Source of the DNA: Phoronis australis
Taxonomy: Eukaryota; Animalia; Phoronida
NCBI GenBank assembly: GCA_002633005.1
Contig: NMRA01000329.1
Span: 85,219 to 149,218, forward strand
DNA: 64,000 nt
Reading direction: 5' to 3'
Positions 61,801 through 64,000 of this stretch are shown in pieces. Every line of letters starts with the position of its first letter. Position 1 is the stretch's first letter. The position numbers and the translations under genes were made by a program. The notes beneath the pieces are model-generated. The model saw only the letters and a list, made by a program, of their open reading frames with translations, did no database searches and was not told the origin of the DNA.

Positions 61801-63729
61801 GGTGAAGTAATCGTGAGCACGTAAATGGTCGCATGCGACAAATCTTTTTCCACCTAGCAAAGAACACAAAATACCTTGGCTAATGTCTACTTTTTAGTTT
61901 TCGCCTACAGGTCAAACAGCGATGGAATAAGCAGTATTCTATTGATGTAACGCAACACAGCATTTGATTGCAAAAGCTCGGATATAAGTGATGTACACAA
62001 AAAACACCGGAAATTAAAAGACACGATATCTAAAAGATGTCGCTGTTCTGCTGTGGTTTCTTTCCCACCGTTGCAATTACCCTGTTGGCTCAGCGAATTA
62101 AACGAGTTTATTGGTACACAGAAGCGCCAAAACACTAACTCCAAGGAATGAAAAGAAAATATATTTTTGCAAACATATTCCCACGATATTCAAGAAAACA
62201 ACAAAATGGAAACAATATGTTATCCAATGAACTATGGTGGTATATGTGAGGGAGGAAAAAAGGTGACGATAGGCAGTGGGTTAGCTATTAATTACGTGTG
62301 CTTGTGAAGTATTTTCATGAATGTCTGCAAAATAAACTGCAATGAATATTATGTTTTTTTCACTTTCTACGTGTATTTTTTTGTCAAATACATGTATCTA
62401 TACTGTGCTCATTGCATAAACAACAATTTTCATTCAGGTTATGAAACATCATTCTCGTTTCCCAATAAGTTGTGGCGATCAAATATACAGATAGACTCAC
62501 CGTCATAAACGCCAGACTTAACAATTGACGACATATCACACCCCGGTTGTTCCTCTCCGCCATTAGGATAAAAATCCATGTGACCAATGGGGTCCGCCAT
62601 TCCAAAACCTGAAGACAAAGTATTGAAACTCGTGAGAAGTACGCAAATGCCTCCTTAGATTGTGTCATACTACTTTGTTTGATTAGCATTCGTGTATGAT
62701 GTCATACATGTATCGGTTGTTAAACGTAGTCTAAATTTGTCACCTGTTATCCCCTTCGTTCTGGCTCAAGCATTCACCAACTCCCCCATATTTGTACGTA
62801 GTCTCTAAGTAATTCATTTTCATTGTTAAACTAGAAAAAATGGCCGCTAATTGGATTGTGCACCGAGACCAGAGTTTAGAATTGTGGCAGAAAATTGAGC
62901 TTAATTTCCACAAGGGACATCTTTATTCGTGGCAACTGTCTCGTGACAAGAAGCTCTTTAAGTTGCAAAACGTTCCTCAGTTTTGTCGATTGTCTGCATT
63001 GGGATGTATTTCCCATTACACCAACTCACCGCCATCGAGAGATATTGATGACAGAATATGATCGCCGTCTGTGTGAATGACGTCAACAAGCAGTGCGTCA
63101 CTGGGATCCAGTCTTACTTTCTTGTCCGTGTCGGTAAAATAAGGATCGGCCGGATCCAGACCTGAAAACGAGCAAAAACGAGGAACATGAGGAAAACGCC
63201 CACGCAGTTCTGTTTATCTTACTTACAACGAAAATCTAATTAGGCCTTTTACTCTCAATCTCTGTTTCATGATACTCGTTGCCATGACAACATTCCACTT
63301 CGGTTACCAACTCAAGTCACTATGGGCGATGCGCACATGCGCCGTGATTAGAATTCGCAATTTAAGGTTGGACGGCCCCAATTTACTCTAAAGTGTTTTC
63401 TTGAATCACTGAGGATATCTACAGCTGTATGTTGTTTCTGGTAACTAAGATTTGAATCCTATCCCGGAAATGAATACTATGCGATCGACAAAGTAAGCAG
63501 TCTAATTTGAGTTTCGTTATCAGCCAGCTAAACAGGACGAAATGTGGCCTTAAATACAACGTAAATCGCCCCCTAAAAATCGACGCACGGTGATCTATAG
63601 CAGTTCATTAAAGGATGTCGTACCTGTAATCCTGCCCAAGTATTGCAGTCTTTCTCCGGCATAGCCGGCAATGTGTGATCCCAGACTGTGGCCAACAATA
63701 TGAAACGTCTCAGGAGCAGCACCGTTCAC
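52795..63729 (-). CDS. Pancreatic lipase-related protein, lipase C (close paralog of B); 3' 8 coding exons, 5' part beyond the window end
   Basis: Exons (minus): 63729-63624, 63161-63030, 62608-62501, 61853-61738, 61070-60947, 58425-58308, 55378-55184, 52864-52795 (TGA). Exon lengths 106/132/108/116/124/118/195/70 equal those of lipase B except the lid exon (117 in B). Triad motifs GHSLG, LDPA and CDH are intact. Confidence 0.94.
55184..55378 (-). CDS. Lipase C PLAT exon 2
   Basis: DIFIQPGAVYRFPVSWHKNIGPLDTVDLRW...ITVAPGDQTH. Confidence 0.9.
56760..58037 (-). pseudogene. THAP (C2CH) zinc-finger pseudogene, interrupted and carrying a nonsense codon
   Basis: MSAKKTYGGYTCCVPGCYKNNKRDKKLSFYVFPANQKLREKWINNIRR...FKPTRGH [insertion] RV*SEHFPGGKKTYENNIPTEFP; DHSY motif downstream in another frame (56837-56848). 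Confidence 0.85.
57087..57844. mobile_element. Nested 758-bp non-autonomous insertion with 9-bp TSD
   Basis: GATGGCCCC at 57078-57086 and 57845-57853; ends TAGGCAATTAC and GTGTTGCCTACTA; removing it restores the THAP reading frame. Confidence 0.88.
58308..58425 (-). CDS. Lipase C PLAT exon 1
   Basis: RYHFQVKVSVVNDGRRKYGKIYVTLHG...LLLTP. Confidence 0.9.
59674..59805. repeat. Imperfect palindrome/hairpin (arms about 57 bp)
   Basis: ACATATTTCATTGAAGACA..ATCTGTTTTTACTAGTTTAATCTCAGTTCT versus AGAACTGAAATTAAACTGGTAAAAACAGAT..TGTCTTCAATGAAATATGT. Confidence 0.9.
60947..61070 (-). CDS. Lipase C Cys-rich exon
   Basis: NGLCGTCGPDGCASMGFLAD...YYLDTSDRSPFC. Confidence 0.93.
61738..61853 (-). CDS. Lipase C exon with catalytic His (GC donor)
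   Basis: GGKRFVACDHLRAHDYFTESINSKCPFTAYPCDTFGEYK; ends AAG|GCAAGT. Confidence 0.92.
62501..62608 (-). CDS. Lipase C lid exon
   Basis: GFGMADPIGHMDFYPNGGEEQPGCDMSSIVKSGVYD. Confidence 0.94.
63030..63161 (-). CDS. Lipase C exon with catalytic Asp
   Basis: GLDPADPYFTDTDKKVRLDPSDALLVDVIHTDGDHILSSISLDG. Confidence 0.95.
63624..63729 (-). CDS. Lipase C exon with GHSLG
   Basis: VNGAAPETFHIVGHSLGSHIAGYAGERLQYLGRIT. Confidence 0.95.
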
Positions 63730-64000
63730 CTGTTGAAATCCGTATTATATGCTGCCTGAGACAAGCATTGTTATTTTTTTAATGCCATCAATCCATCGTA
63801 ACAAAGATTTTCTCATAAATTTACTTTTTGTGACTATATTCTGCTGGCTATCACAACGGTGTGTTCATAGAAAAAAAAGTTCTTTTCGCGCTGTGATAGT
63901 TTTCAAAATTAAACTGGCATGAGCTTACATGTATGTACCTAACAGCAAGTCATAGCTTCCAATGTTTCCGATTTTCAAGAATTCCAAATACTACCTGTTA

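Noticed and set aside
1-64000. Intact hammerhead ribozymes, tRNA or rRNA genes
   Set aside because: The CTGAnGA occurrences I checked by eye (for example near 6651, 20353, 52516 and 62609) lack a proper stem II plus GAAA arrangement, and I recognised no tRNA or rRNA signature. An Infernal/tRNAscan run would be needed to exclude them formally.

Overview
AT-rich, intron-rich animal genomic DNA, most likely a marine invertebrate (inference), with one assembly gap (3673-4142). Most ORFs in the supplied track are spurious or intron-extended exon fragments; I rebuilt the genes by hand from splice sites and reading-frame phase. The + strand (1056-20800) carries the last 17 coding exons of a receptor-type protein tyrosine phosphatase: TM helix, intact D1, degenerate D2 and a PTPalpha/epsilon-like C-terminal YANFQ tail. 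The - strand carries three tandem pancreatic-lipase-family genes (A 24273-32298, B 35303-45848+, C 52795-63729+). Introns and spacers hold many DNA-transposon relics, including a decayed THAP-encoding Kolobok-like element split by a nested insertion with a 9-bp TSD. I found no convincing wholly new biological system. The best leads are a near-identical catalytic-serine exon in lipases B and C, a GC-AG intron at the same site in both, differing lid and beta9 loops, and strong enrichment of the palindrome TACATGTA.
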